Assembly (NCBI RefSeq): GCF_000027125.1
Contig: NC_017626.1
Length of the DNA: 64,000 nt
Direction: 5' to 3' (one strand)
Source of the DNA: Escherichia coli 042
GTDB lineage: Bacteria; Pseudomonadota; Gammaproteobacteria; Enterobacterales; Enterobacteriaceae
The notes beneath the pieces were generated by a model that saw nothing but the letters and a program-made list of their open reading frames with translations, made no database searches and had not been told where the DNA came from. Shown here one piece after another: positions 34,324-46,021 of this stretch. The position numbers were made by a program, and so were the translations under genes. Numbering within the stretch: the stretch's first letter is position 1; each line of letters opens with the position of its first letter.

Positions 34324-35640
34324 ATGTCTGTAACACGTATAAGAGTGAAAGAGCGCGACGCTATCATTCAGTCACTTAAGTCGGGAGTAACGCCAAGAAT
34401 AGGTATTCAGCATATCCAGGTTGGCCGCGTGAATGAGATAACCGCCCTCCATCAGGATATTGAACGGATTGCTGATGGCGGGGCAAGCTTCAGACTTATC
34501 ATTGGTGAGTACGGTTCCGGGAAAACATTCTTTTTAAGTGTTGTACGGTCTATTGCGTTAGAGAAGAAGCTGGTCACGGTCAGTGCAGACCTTTCTCCCG
34601 ACAGACGTATCCACTCATCGGGAGGTCAGGCTCGTAATCTCTACTCAGAGCTTATGAAAAATATGTCCACCAGAAACAAACCAGATGGCAATGCATTACT
34701 TAGCGTTGTGGAAAGGTTTGTTACTGAGGCAAGGAAGGAAGCTGATGCGAACGGCTCCCTGGTCTCATCCGTTATTCATAAACGCCTTGCTGCTTTGTCA
34801 GATATGGTGGGAGGATATGACTTTGCGAAGGTCATTGACGCATTCTGGCGCGGGCATGAGCAGGATAACGAAACCTTAAAATCCAATGCTATTCGCTGGT
34901 TGCGGGGCGAGTACACCACAAAAACTGATGCCCGTAATGATCTTGACGTCCGAACGATTATCTCAGACGCCTCGTTCTATGATTCTTTGAAGTTGATGAG
35001 CCTTTTTGTCCGTCAGGCAGGCTATGCCGGACTTTTAGTTAGCCTCGACGAGATGGTGAACCTCTTCAAGTTGAATAATACGCAAGCGAGAACGGCCAAC
35101 TACGAACAAATTTTGCGGATTCTGAATGACTGCCTGCAAGGCTCCGCCGAAAATATTGGTTTTATCCTCGGGGGGACGCCAGAATTTCTTTTCGATCCAC
35201 GTAAGGGGCTCTACAGCTATGAAGCGCTCCAGTCGCGTCTGGCAGAAAACCGATTCGCACAGAAAGCTGGCGTGATTGACTACTCGTCCCCCACGCTGCA
35301 TCTTGCCAGCCTCACTCCTGAGGAACTGTATATTTTACTGAAAAACCTTCGTCATGTTTATGCTGGTGGAGATCCCGTAAATTATCTGGTGCCAGATGAT
35401 GCTCTGACCGGGTTTCTGCATCACTGCAGCAAAACCATCGGAGATGCTTACTTTCGAACTCCCCGCAATACCATAAAAGGTTTTCTGGATATGCTGGCTG
35501 TGCTGGAACAAAACAGAACGATGAACTGGCAACCCCTCATTGAGGGGGTGGCGATTGAAGAAGACAAGCTCAGCGATATGGATGATGCCATTGTGGAGGA
35601 AAGTGATGACGATGATGGCCTGGCGAATTTCAGATTATGA
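34324..35640 (+). CDS. P-loop ATPase (Shango SngB-like)
   Basis: 438 aa; Walker A GEYGSGKTF, Walker B LLVSLDEM; starts 4 nt after upstream stop and overlaps downstream start. Confidence 0.65.
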   Translation: MSVTRIRVKERDAIIQSLKSGVTPRIGIQHIQVGRVNEITALHQDIERIADGGASFRLIIGEYGSGKTFFLSVVRSIALEKKLVTVSADLSPDRRIHSSGGQARNLYSELMKNMSTRNKPDGNALLSVVERFVTEARKEADANGSLVSSVIHKRLAALSDMVGGYDFAKVIDAFWRGHEQDNETLKSNAIRWLRGEYTTKTDARNDLDVRTIISDASFYDSLKLMSLFVRQAGYAGLLVSLDEMVNLFKLNNTQARTANYEQILRILNDCLQGSAENIGFILGGTPEFLFDPRKGLYSYEALQSRLAENRFAQKAGVIDYSSPTLHLASLTPEELYILLKNLRHVYAGGDPVNYLVPDDALTGFLHHCSKTIGDAYFRTPRNTIKGFLDMLAVLEQNRTMNWQPLIEGVAIEEDKLSDMDDAIVEESDDDDGLANFRL

Positions 35641-37835
35641 GTAGTGCCTACAATAGTCTTGATCCCCGTGTCCGTAAGTGGGTTTATAAGCAGGGCTGGT
35701 CATCCTTAAGGCCCTTGCAGGAAAGCTCTATTCCGGCAATTTTAGCCCGTGATCGTGATGTACTAATTAGTGCAGGTACAGCTGCGGGTAAAACAGAGGC
35801 TTTCTTTCTTCCTGCCTGTTCAGCGATTGCAGATCTCACTGGTGGATTTGGCATTATCTATATCAGTCCATTGAAGGCATTAATTAACGATCAACACCGT
35901 CGTCTTGAGAGTCTTGGTGAAGCCCTGGAAATGCAAGTGACGCCCTGGCACGGGGATGTACCACAAAGCAAAAAGAAGAAAGCACGGACAACCCCTTCTG
36001 GCATCTTACTTATCACACCTGAATCACTTGAGTCTTTGCTCATAAACTCATTGGGTTGGCTCAAACAGGCGTTTTCTTCTGTGGCATACATTGTTATTGA
36101 TGAGTTCCATGCTTTTATTGGCTCAGAGCGTGGTATACAGCTGCTTTCTCTGCTTAACAGAATTGACCATGTGCTGGGACGCCAGTTGAATCCAGTTCCC
36201 CGTGTCGCGTTGAGTGCCACACTGGGAGAGCTGGAAAAAGTACCAGAACTATTGCGCCCGGATAAGAGATTACCTTGTGAAACGGTAACAGACAGTAATA
36301 GCAAAGCCACAATACAGGTTCAGGTTAAAGGTTATCTTGAGCGGGTGCCCGAAAAAGGAAAAGAGCTCCAGAGCTCTGCTGAACAGCTCGTCTGCGCGGA
36401 TATTTTCAGGCTCTGCCGTGGCGATTCCCACCTAGTCTTTGCTAACAGTCGAAAGCGTACTGAAAGCATAGCGGCAACACTGAGCGACATGTGTGAAGCA
36501 AATGTCGTTCCTAATGAATTCTTTCCTCATCATGGTTCCCTTGCAAGGGAGTTGCGTGAGGCGCTTGAAGCCCGACTGCAGAAAGGGAATTTGCCCACAA
36601 CCGCTGTTTGTACAATGACTCTGGAGCTGGGTATTGATATTGGTAAGGTGCAGTCTGTCATACAAGTGACACCTCCGCATTCTGTTTCCAGTCTGCGTCA
36701 ACGCATGGGACGTTCAGGGCGGCGCGATTCCCCATCGGTGCTGAGAATGTTAATTACTGAACCTGAACTTACCGCAACCAGCAGCATTGTGGATCATTTA
36801 CGGCTGCAGTTGGTTCAGGCGATGGCAATGATCAGGTTGATGATCTCTAAGCGCTGGTTCGAGCCTGCAGATATCCGGCAGAAACATTACTCCACACTAC
36901 TACACCAGATCTTGGCTATTACTGCGCAATGGGGAGGTGTTCGTGCCGATCAGCTCTGGTCACAACTTTGCCAGACAGGTCCGTTCCGGAATGTGGATAT
37001 AAATGACTTCAAAAGTCTGCTTAAACATATGGGGACATGTGGCCTGCTCACTCAACTAACCAGCGGTGAAATAGTTGTCGGGGCTGAGGGGGAGAAACTG
37101 ACTAATCACTACACGTTTTATACCGTATTCAATACACCTGAGGAGTTTCGCATTGTAACGGGAAACCGAACTCTTGGCACAGTGCCTGTAGACTCCCCAC
37201 TTTTGCCGGAGCAGCACATCATCTTCGGCGGACGGCGCTGGAAAGTGACAGAGATCGAGGTTGAAAAAAAGGTTATCTATGTTGAGACGACTAAAGGCGG
37301 TCAGCCGCCACTATTCAGTGGTAGCGGGATGTCTGTTCATGATGTTGTTCGCCAGGAAATGCTCACTATCTACAGGGAAAATGATTACCGTATCGCGGTA
37401 GGCAACAAGAGAGTCGATTATGCTGATGCCGCAGCCAGAAGCCTCTTCGCGGAAGGAAGTGACAACTTCCAACGCTACAATCTACAAAATGACTGTTTTA
37501 TTGCCAGTGGTCAGAACTGCTACGTGATCCCGTGGATGGGGGATAAAATTGTCAATACAATTACGTCCCTGCTTATACGTTGTGGCTTTAAAGCCAGTTC
37601 ATTTGCAGGTGTGATAGAGGTAGAGGACTCAGGCGTTGCCTCTGTCCAGCGTGCACTTAAGAAAATGCTATTGTCGGGGCTACCTTCAGAGTTTGAGCTT
37701 GCTGCAGTTGTTCCCGACAAGTATCTGGATAAATATGACGAGTATTTACCAGAGACTTTGCTTGCTAAAGGGTATGGGGCACAGGCGTATGATATAGAAG
37801 GAACGTGCATCTGGCTGCAGAAACACCTTCAGTAG
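35637..37835 (+). CDS. DEAD/DEAH-box (Lhr-like SF2) helicase (Shango SngC-like)
   Basis: 732 aa; motif I AGTAAGKTEAF, motif II VIDEFH, motif III SAT, motif VI MGRSGRR; ATGA start/stop overlap with upstream ATPase. Confidence 0.7.
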   Translation: MSSAYNSLDPRVRKWVYKQGWSSLRPLQESSIPAILARDRDVLISAGTAAGKTEAFFLPACSAIADLTGGFGIIYISPLKALINDQHRRLESLGEALEMQVTPWHGDVPQSKKKKARTTPSGILLITPESLESLLINSLGWLKQAFSSVAYIVIDEFHAFIGSERGIQLLSLLNRIDHVLGRQLNPVPRVALSATLGELEKVPELLRPDKRLPCETVTDSNSKATIQVQVKGYLERVPEKGKELQSSAEQLVCADIFRLCRGDSHLVFANSRKRTESIAATLSDMCEANVVPNEFFPHHGSLARELREALEARLQKGNLPTTAVCTMTLELGIDIGKVQSVIQVTPPHSVSSLRQRMGRSGRRDSPSVLRMLITEPELTATSSIVDHLRLQLVQAMAMIRLMISKRWFEPADIRQKHYSTLLHQILAITAQWGGVRADQLWSQLCQTGPFRNVDINDFKSLLKHMGTCGLLTQLTSGEIVVGAEGEKLTNHYTFYTVFNTPEEFRIVTGNRTLGTVPVDSPLLPEQHIIFGGRRWKVTEIEVEKKVIYVETTKGGQPPLFSGSGMSVHDVVRQEMLTIYRENDYRIAVGNKRVDYADAAARSLFAEGSDNFQRYNLQNDCFIASGQNCYVIPWMGDKIVNTITSLLIRCGFKASSFAGVIEVEDSGVASVQRALKKMLLSGLPSEFELAAVVPDKYLDKYDEYLPETLLAKGYGAQAYDIEGTCIWLQKHLQ

Positions 37836-37851
37836 ACTGGATATGTAGTCA

Positions 37852-37884
37852 GGGTATAAATAAGTATTTATACCCTTATTTTTT
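37852..37884. terminator. hairpin terminator after helicase gene
   Basis: gggtataaata-agt-atttataccc followed by ttatttttt. Confidence 0.5.
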
Positions 37885-38270
37885 ACTTACCTGTGGACTT
37901 ACTTGGCTTTAATCCCGGAGTATTGCCAGGAGTATCTTTATTATCGCGTCGGCGTTGATCCGGTTTTCCTGTTGACTTAGCAATTGGTTTTGGACCTGGT
38001 TTTAGACCCATGATAGTTATCCTTCGAGATGTAAGAGGAATGCCCTCAACATTGGTATATTCTATACTGAGAAATTTTTCAATGGGAATGTTCAACGGCC
38101 GAATGATTAACTCGATATTGTGAGCAATGTCTTTTTTTGGCACAGAGCGAACCGTTAGATTGCGCGTATTTTTATGGAAGGAGATCATCCAATAACGGTT
38201 ATTCACCGATCTCCTTTATGGTAATACGAACCTGTTTTTTTAATATATAGAAAAATTACTCCGACATGTT

Positions 38271-38915
38271 TTATCTTTTTGAAATCAGGACATTTACCAA
38301 CTCACTTAAAACTCTCTTTTGTTCTTCATCCTGAAGATATTGAATCCGGAATTTAATCTCTTCTGCAACCCGCCTTGTATCGGACTCATTAAGTATTTTT
38401 GTTATTCGCTGTCTCTGATGTTCAGGCTGGTCTTCCATATTTCGTAAAACCAGATGAAATAATATATCATAAAGTGCGCAATGCCATGAATAACCATCAT
38501 TGGTTAGAATAAGCTCCCAAACCCGCTCCTGTTCGGCAATAAGCTGCAGAACAAAGGATTCAACCTGTTCTGATTGTCCGGGGACAACCCGGTATAGCGG
38601 CGCAATCACAGCAAAAAACAGTTCATTTAGCCAGGATTCCGCCTCTTTCTCGCTCCTGAAAGATGGACAGTTCTGTATTCTTCGTTCGTATTCACGGGTA
38701 ACCTGCTCCGGAATATCCTCCGGCGGTGTCAGCCACTTATTCCTGAGCAATATACTGGTTGACGGATGGCAGCAGGCTATTTCAGCAATAATTTCACGTA
38801 ATGCCTCCGGGCTGAATTTCTTCAGCTGATTGTAGTGCTCCCGGGTAAAACCATGATCATCGCATAAAAGTTGCCATGTCATTGATATACTGTTTGCCAT
38901 TCCTTTCTTCATCAT
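38271..38915 (-). CDS. hypothetical protein (fourth gene of IbrAB-like operon)
   Basis: 214-aa ORF co-oriented, 20 nt downstream of the 102-aa ORF; no recognisable motif. Confidence 0.4.
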   Translation of the reverse strand: MMKKGMANSISMTWQLLCDDHGFTREHYNQLKKFSPEALREIIAEIACCHPSTSILLRNKWLTPPEDIPEQVTREYERRIQNCPSFRSEKEAESWLNELFFAVIAPLYRVVPGQSEQVESFVLQLIAEQERVWELILTNDGYSWHCALYDILFHLVLRNMEDQPEHQRQRITKILNESDTRRVAEEIKFRIQYLQDEEQKRVLSELVNVLISKR

Positions 38916-38935
38916 TAATACCTGTTACCTGAATA

Positions 38936-39244
38936 TCAACAGACCGGTGTACCTTTTCTGAATACCTCCCCGGACGGACTGGCAATCCCCATTCGCCTCA
39001 GCGTGGCATCTGCAGCTTTCGCCACTTCGCTGATATCCAGCTTTTCAGGTAGCGGCGGGGACGATATCTGCGCCAGGCAATAATTCCTGCGCAACAACAA
39101 CCACTCCCGTTGTGCTTCTGTACATTCAACATTTCCCATAACAAAAAGCCAGCGGGCGGAAGCTCTGCGCCAGCAACCCGCAGCCTCCAGCTTCTGTGCA
39201 ACCATGTCTTCCACGACTTCCGGGGTACTCTTTTTCCTGCTCAA
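38936..39244 (-). CDS. hypothetical protein (third gene of IbrAB-like operon)
   Basis: 102-aa ORF 39 nt downstream of ParB-like gene, same strand. Confidence 0.35.
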   Translation of the reverse strand: MSRKKSTPEVVEDMVAQKLEAAGCWRRASARWLFVMGNVECTEAQREWLLLRRNYCLAQISSPPLPEKLDISEVAKAADATLRRMGIASPSGEVFRKGTPVC

Positions 39245-39283
39245 AACATTAACTCACTGAAATAATATACATATATGACGGTC

Positions 39284-39922
39284 TCAGCGAACCGTCCATG
39301 CCGGACTGAAATCCTCTTCCAGAAACAGCTCCGTCAGCCCGCTAATCTGTTTCAACCTGAGAACTTCATCCTGGTCCATACCCAGCTCCGTACCAATACG
39401 TTCATCCGTCCAGCCCAGCCGCGACAGGTCCCTGACAATATCAGACATTGAAGTTATCTGGTGCTTCCCCCTGGCCCGGTTATGTCTAATGGTTGCAGCA
39501 ATACGTGAGGCCTGTCCCTTTCTTTCCGGATTAATACAGGTCACTGGCAACCAGCCCTTCAGGCGTTTTCCCGTACCTGCTTCCCTGCCCAGTAATTGAC
39601 GATGAAAACCATCCACGACCAGATAATGCTCCTTCTCTTCCGAGACAACCACAGGCTGCGTGAACCCATCCTGCTCCAGTGAATGTTTCAGCAGTTTCTT
39701 CTCACCCGGCGCCATGACATTGGGGTTATAATCGTTGGCCACCACCTCATCTGCTTTCACCCACAGCACACAGTCCACAGGCTCCTGTGCAAATGGACTG
39801 ACCTCATGAAGCACCCTGCGCAGATGATTCAGGGCCTGTATGGCCTCTTCTTCTGGTCGTTCCTGGCTGAAGTACTGACGAATCATGTTGCTCAGTATCT
39901 CCGGTGTCACAGAATCCCCCAT
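39284..39922 (-). CDS. ibrB: ParB/Srx-like nuclease-domain protein (IbrB-like)
   Basis: 212 aa; ParB N-terminal-type motif region VVVDGFHRQLLGREAG...IRHNRARGKHQ; start overlaps upstream gene by 16 nt. Confidence 0.6.
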   Translation of the reverse strand: MGDSVTPEILSNMIRQYFSQERPEEEAIQALNHLRRVLHEVSPFAQEPVDCVLWVKADEVVANDYNPNVMAPGEKKLLKHSLEQDGFTQPVVVSEEKEHYLVVDGFHRQLLGREAGTGKRLKGWLPVTCINPERKGQASRIAATIRHNRARGKHQITSMSDIVRDLSRLGWTDERIGTELGMDQDEVLRLKQISGLTELFLEEDFSPAWTVR

Positions 39923-41139
39923 TCCTTCCTCCTTTCTTTCATACGCTGCAGATAACGTTCATAGTGCCGGGGTTTGTTCGGACTGAAGGAGAGGGTACGG
40001 CACCAGAAATCATTCTTTATGAGAGTCTTACAGATACGTCGCCAGGACGGAATATCCCGGCTCCCCAAGTCATTCTCCTGTTCATCCGGGATGTCATCCG
40101 GGAAGCCCCGCGTCTGATACCAGCGCAGATAGACAGCTATCTTGTTGCGGTAATGTTCTGCCGTTCTTTCCGGCATCACATCCAGCAGAAACATCGCATA
40201 GCTGCGCCAGGTATGATGGGCTGGTTTTGATATGCGCTTACGCAGGGCAAAATAAGCCCCGCTTTCATTGGCATAAAGTGCCCCGCTGGCAGCCCCTGAC
40301 ACCCGCTCACACATCCTGGCCCAGGTTTCCGGCTCCAGAACATGGTAAAGCCACAGTCCCTTACGTTGTTCAGGACCAAAAGGTTCACAGACACGCATGT
40401 TGCGTAACGGTACGCCGGCACGGTACATCAGGTCATACAGGGGATTGTAGATGGCACGGGTTCTGGTGTGATATATCCAGATATCACGAGTTTTCCAGTC
40501 ATACAGCGGATACATGGTGTAGTAAAACCCTTCAGGCGATGCCGTGGTCCAGGGCTTATCATCGGCGTATCTCAGTTTGCGCTGGGATACCAGTCCCATG
40601 AACCGGTTAAGGGACTCATCCGCACGGACACCGGTCAGTACTGCCACACCACATTTATTGTCTGCAAACCAGGAAGAAAATGCCGGAACAAATTCTTCAA
40701 ACGTCATGGCATACCGGTAAAAGGGAAAATACGCCATATCTGTAATGGCCCCCTCCGGTGGCTGGCGAACCCACTTCACACCAGACTCCCAGCATATCCA
40801 CTCCGGCTGAAACTGAGAAACACCGTTTACCGTGGTCAGGGGAAGTGCCACCCAGTAAAAGGTTTCCGTCACATCATGGTACATTTCCCGCATCTTCTGA
40901 ATATGTTCAATGGTGCACTGGTACTGAGCCTCCCAGTCAATGAACAGTACAGAGAAACGACGTTTTTTCCTGCGGGCCACATCAGCCAAAAGATGGAAAA
41001 GCACGGTGGAATCTTTACCACCGGAAAAAGAGAGACAAACTGATGGAAATGTTTCAAAAATCCACTCAATACGAGCAATTGCTGCACGCAGAACATTCTC
41101 TCCAGTAAGGACTTTCTCCGTTAAAAAATTATCATTCAT
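39907..41139 (-). CDS. ibrA: PAPS-reductase-like (PP-loop ATP pyrophosphatase) protein with C-terminal extension (IbrA-like)
   Basis: 410 aa; PP-loop SFSGGKDSTVLFHL near N-terminus, long C-terminal domain; gene pair architecture matches IbrA/IbrB (YbdN/YbdM-like) as I recall it. Confidence 0.65.
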   Translation of the reverse strand: MNDNFLTEKVLTGENVLRAAIARIEWIFETFPSVCLSFSGGKDSTVLFHLLADVARRKKRRFSVLFIDWEAQYQCTIEHIQKMREMYHDVTETFYWVALPLTTVNGVSQFQPEWICWESGVKWVRQPPEGAITDMAYFPFYRYAMTFEEFVPAFSSWFADNKCGVAVLTGVRADESLNRFMGLVSQRKLRYADDKPWTTASPEGFYYTMYPLYDWKTRDIWIYHTRTRAIYNPLYDLMYRAGVPLRNMRVCEPFGPEQRKGLWLYHVLEPETWARMCERVSGAASGALYANESGAYFALRKRISKPAHHTWRSYAMFLLDVMPERTAEHYRNKIAVYLRWYQTRGFPDDIPDEQENDLGSRDIPSWRRICKTLIKNDFWCRTLSFSPNKPRHYERYLQRMKERRKEWGIL

Positions 41140-41279
41140 TTATTTTTACTTTATGCAAAAGAAACCTGTTTATGCTTTCAACATATAGCAACAAACATTA
41201 AATGACGTTTAATTAGCCACTACTAAAATTGCTTACTTTCATCCTGATGAACATATAAAACATATTACAAACATATTTA

Positions 41280-41987
41280 TCAATAAAGAATCTTTATTGA
41301 TGATACTGGCACTGTAACAATCCCATTGAGAGAACGATTTATAACCACCCACTCATGTGGTTCAACCAACCAGGAGTTTACATGTTTTGAATCAATAAAA
41401 TCATGGCAATATAATATATCTGAAGCAGGTATATCCAACTCCAGTTTAACACGTCCGTGATATTCATCCGCATCATTAAAAGAATTCAATATATCCATCT
41501 CAAAAGAAATCACATCCTCCCCTCTTATCTCTGCTGTTTCTTTTAACTCAGCAATCGTATCTGCATACCTGCCATTAAGTTTCCTGCCTAACTGGATAGT
41601 TGTGATTTTCTTTTCGTTGCAGCATCGCTGAGTATGTTCATATATAGCCATCACTTCCTGGCAAATACAATCAACTTCTATATCACTCAAAGAATTATAT
41701 ATGTCCATAACTTTTCTCTCATAATGCAAAAAAAGATTAAATATACGATAATGAGAGAGCAAATCAGAATTTGTTACTTTCGTTAAGAATAAAGTTAATA
41801 AAACATAACCTACCTGTTTACTACCATTAAACCCAATAAAATCACTTCTCACATCTCCTTTCAATCTACCAGTTCCGATACAACGAGCTAACAATTCACT
41901 CCTGACATTATATTTACCATTCATATTCACCATACTATTCGAAACAACAGACGAACATCCAAAAGCGCTTAAACACTCCACAAACAA
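41280..41987 (-). CDS. hypothetical protein (AT-rich orphan)
   Basis: 235-aa ORF in a visibly A+T-rich segment; no recognisable motif. Confidence 0.4.
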   Translation of the reverse strand: MFVECLSAFGCSSVVSNSMVNMNGKYNVRSELLARCIGTGRLKGDVRSDFIGFNGSKQVGYVLLTLFLTKVTNSDLLSHYRIFNLFLHYERKVMDIYNSLSDIEVDCICQEVMAIYEHTQRCCNEKKITTIQLGRKLNGRYADTIAELKETAEIRGEDVISFEMDILNSFNDADEYHGRVKLELDIPASDILYCHDFIDSKHVNSWLVEPHEWVVINRSLNGIVTVPVSSIKILY

Positions 41988-42040
41988 ACTATCTCACCGA
42001 ATAAATTGCAACACTCCCCTTACCCCACATCCTAAAGGCT

Positions 42041-42964
42041 TTATATAAAACAGTAAAAGTGAATCAGCTTAACAAATGCATCTTTCATTTGTTTTTGCTG
42101 CTGCTCGCTTCCATTCTGGTTGCGGACTTCACCATAGTGACACAACTGTTCTTCTGCCAGGATATGCCGGTTAAAAGCCTGCATGATGCCAGACACCTCC
42201 GTTTTCAGCTCACTGACCGTCATGTATTTTCCCCGCTGTTCATCCGGACGGTTCAGGCGCTCAGCCAACAGCTGTAAGCGGGTCATGCCTTCGTTCCAGC
42301 CAGTCATCGCCTCTTCCGGGAGCGCACGACTCCTTGCACTCTTCTGCCAGTTATCCACCATTTCCTGAACACGAGGATTGTCGGGGAAAAGTACCATCAG
42401 TTGCTGCAGCAATTGCACACTGCGTTGCAGGTTGTATGCCGGGGGGAATTCTGTCAGTCGCGTTATCTGCTGACCGGAAAGGGTTATCCACTCTGACGCA
42501 TGATTTAACAGTGTTCTGCTGAGCTGCATCATCTGGTCTGCTGAAAGCACATCCGGTGAGGGTGTCAGCAGCGCCCTGAGTTGCTGCTCCGCCGGTGATG
42601 GCTGTGTCAGAAACTGCCATCCCGGAATGGCCACGCAGACCGCCAGCAATGCCGTACAGACACCTGTAACAAACGTTTTCAGAAACGTGAGCGGGGATTT
42701 TTGAAGGAAGAGTGTGGGCTCTGTTTTTGTTTCAGAAACAACATACACCAGACGGGAGTGCGGCAGGGTCTGATGTTCCTGCACATCCGGAGCTTCAAGC
42801 CTGAGTGCCTGCGCCAGTAGCGTTACCGGAGACGATACTTCCCCCTGCACAGGCTGGTTCTCCAGGCGGGTGATATATCCCTTCACCATGGCTTCCGGTA
42901 AAGCCACTTTACTGCTCTGTTTAAGTTCGTGCCAAGCCTGCGTATTTTCATGGAAGGAGATCAC
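42041..42964 (-). CDS. hypothetical membrane protein (possible C-terminal portion of an ImpA/VasL-like protein)
   Basis: 307 aa with central TM helix (LTFLKTFVTGVCTALLAVCVAIPGW); start overlaps the upstream ImpA-N-like ORF by 17 nt in another frame. Confidence 0.4.
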   Translation of the reverse strand: MISFHENTQAWHELKQSSKVALPEAMVKGYITRLENQPVQGEVSSPVTLLAQALRLEAPDVQEHQTLPHSRLVYVVSETKTEPTLFLQKSPLTFLKTFVTGVCTALLAVCVAIPGWQFLTQPSPAEQQLRALLTPSPDVLSADQMMQLSRTLLNHASEWITLSGQQITRLTEFPPAYNLQRSVQLLQQLMVLFPDNPRVQEMVDNWQKSARSRALPEEAMTGWNEGMTRLQLLAERLNRPDEQRGKYMTVSELKTEVSGIMQAFNRHILAEEQLCHYGEVRNQNGSEQQQKQMKDAFVKLIHFYCFI

Positions 42965-43388
42965 TCAGTGTCTTCAGGAATGTTTCGGTCTGATACAGCA
43001 GGGGCAGGTTGTCACGGTTATCCGGAGGCATGGCCCGGAGCGTTTTTTGCAGACGGTTGAACAGACCGGTAATAATTTCCAGCCGGGAGTGTGTATTCAG
43101 CGGCCACATCACTGACCAGTGATGCCGGGTCAGCGCAGCAATCAGAGCCAGCCCTTCATTCAGACCACTTAACCCTGTTGTATGCATCCGGGCAATGGTG
43201 TACCAGGATGCCGTCTGTAATTCCACGCCATTGTGTTCATACAGACGCAGGCAGAGCGTTTCCACGTAACGCCAGTCCACATCAGGGCGTGCCGGGTGGG
43301 TCAGTTTGCTGATTTCATCGCGCAGGGCAGCATAATCCGGTAATGACCGGGGGTCACCACCGGTTTTCAGTTTCACTTCAGAAGTCAT
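42948..43388 (-). CDS. ImpA-N-domain-like protein (TssA/VasL N-terminal-like)
   Basis: 146 aa; GGDPRSLPDYAALRDEISKL...DVDWRYVETLCLRLY...ASWYTIA...GLSGLNEGLALIAAL...W pattern resembles the ImpA N-terminal domain of T6SS TssA/VasL proteins (from memory). Confidence 0.4.
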   Translation of the reverse strand: MTSEVKLKTGGDPRSLPDYAALRDEISKLTHPARPDVDWRYVETLCLRLYEHNGVELQTASWYTIARMHTTGLSGLNEGLALIAALTRHHWSVMWPLNTHSRLEIITGLFNRLQKTLRAMPPDNRDNLPLLYQTETFLKTLSDLLP

Positions 43389-43781
43389 CGGCAGATTCAG
43401 TGTTTAGGTATTAAACCATTGTTAATTATAGGGAGAGAGTCAGTGCGATACCGTTACCCAGGAAAGGTATTCCACTGCGCAGATGATTGCCGGTGTCACA
43501 TCCCACCGCCGTTTCAGAACCGGTAACAGCTCATTAAGGTTTCTGATATAACGCTCAGTGAAAACCGGACTGATTACAGGTAATGGTGATATGACAGGTA
43601 TCGTTGCCAATATACACGGCTTCCAGAGGTATGAATCTTACATTCCAGTACCAGGAGTACGGCGAGTGGTTCAGATGAAAAAGACGCATCTGAATATCGT
43701 TAAATAACGGGTTCATGGCGAATTAAATAAACCTGATAATAACAGTATGGGGAAAGTCCGGAATAAAGAAATGGTCCGGTA

Positions 43782-45569
<1,788 letters not shown>

Positions 45570-45670
45570 AAACGCACCTTAATCTGCGAACAAAAAAAAG
45601 AATCATCACCGACACCCACGACGTTATATCGTGGATGTCGCTTTATTCAGAAATAAAAAAACTGAAGTGG

Positions 45671-46021
<351 letters not shown>

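Noticed and set aside
37883-38206. 107-aa minus-strand ORF after the helicase gene
   Set aside because: Its 3' end overlaps the T-run of the hairpin terminator and no RBS is visible; kept out of the feature list as likely non-coding, but not excluded.
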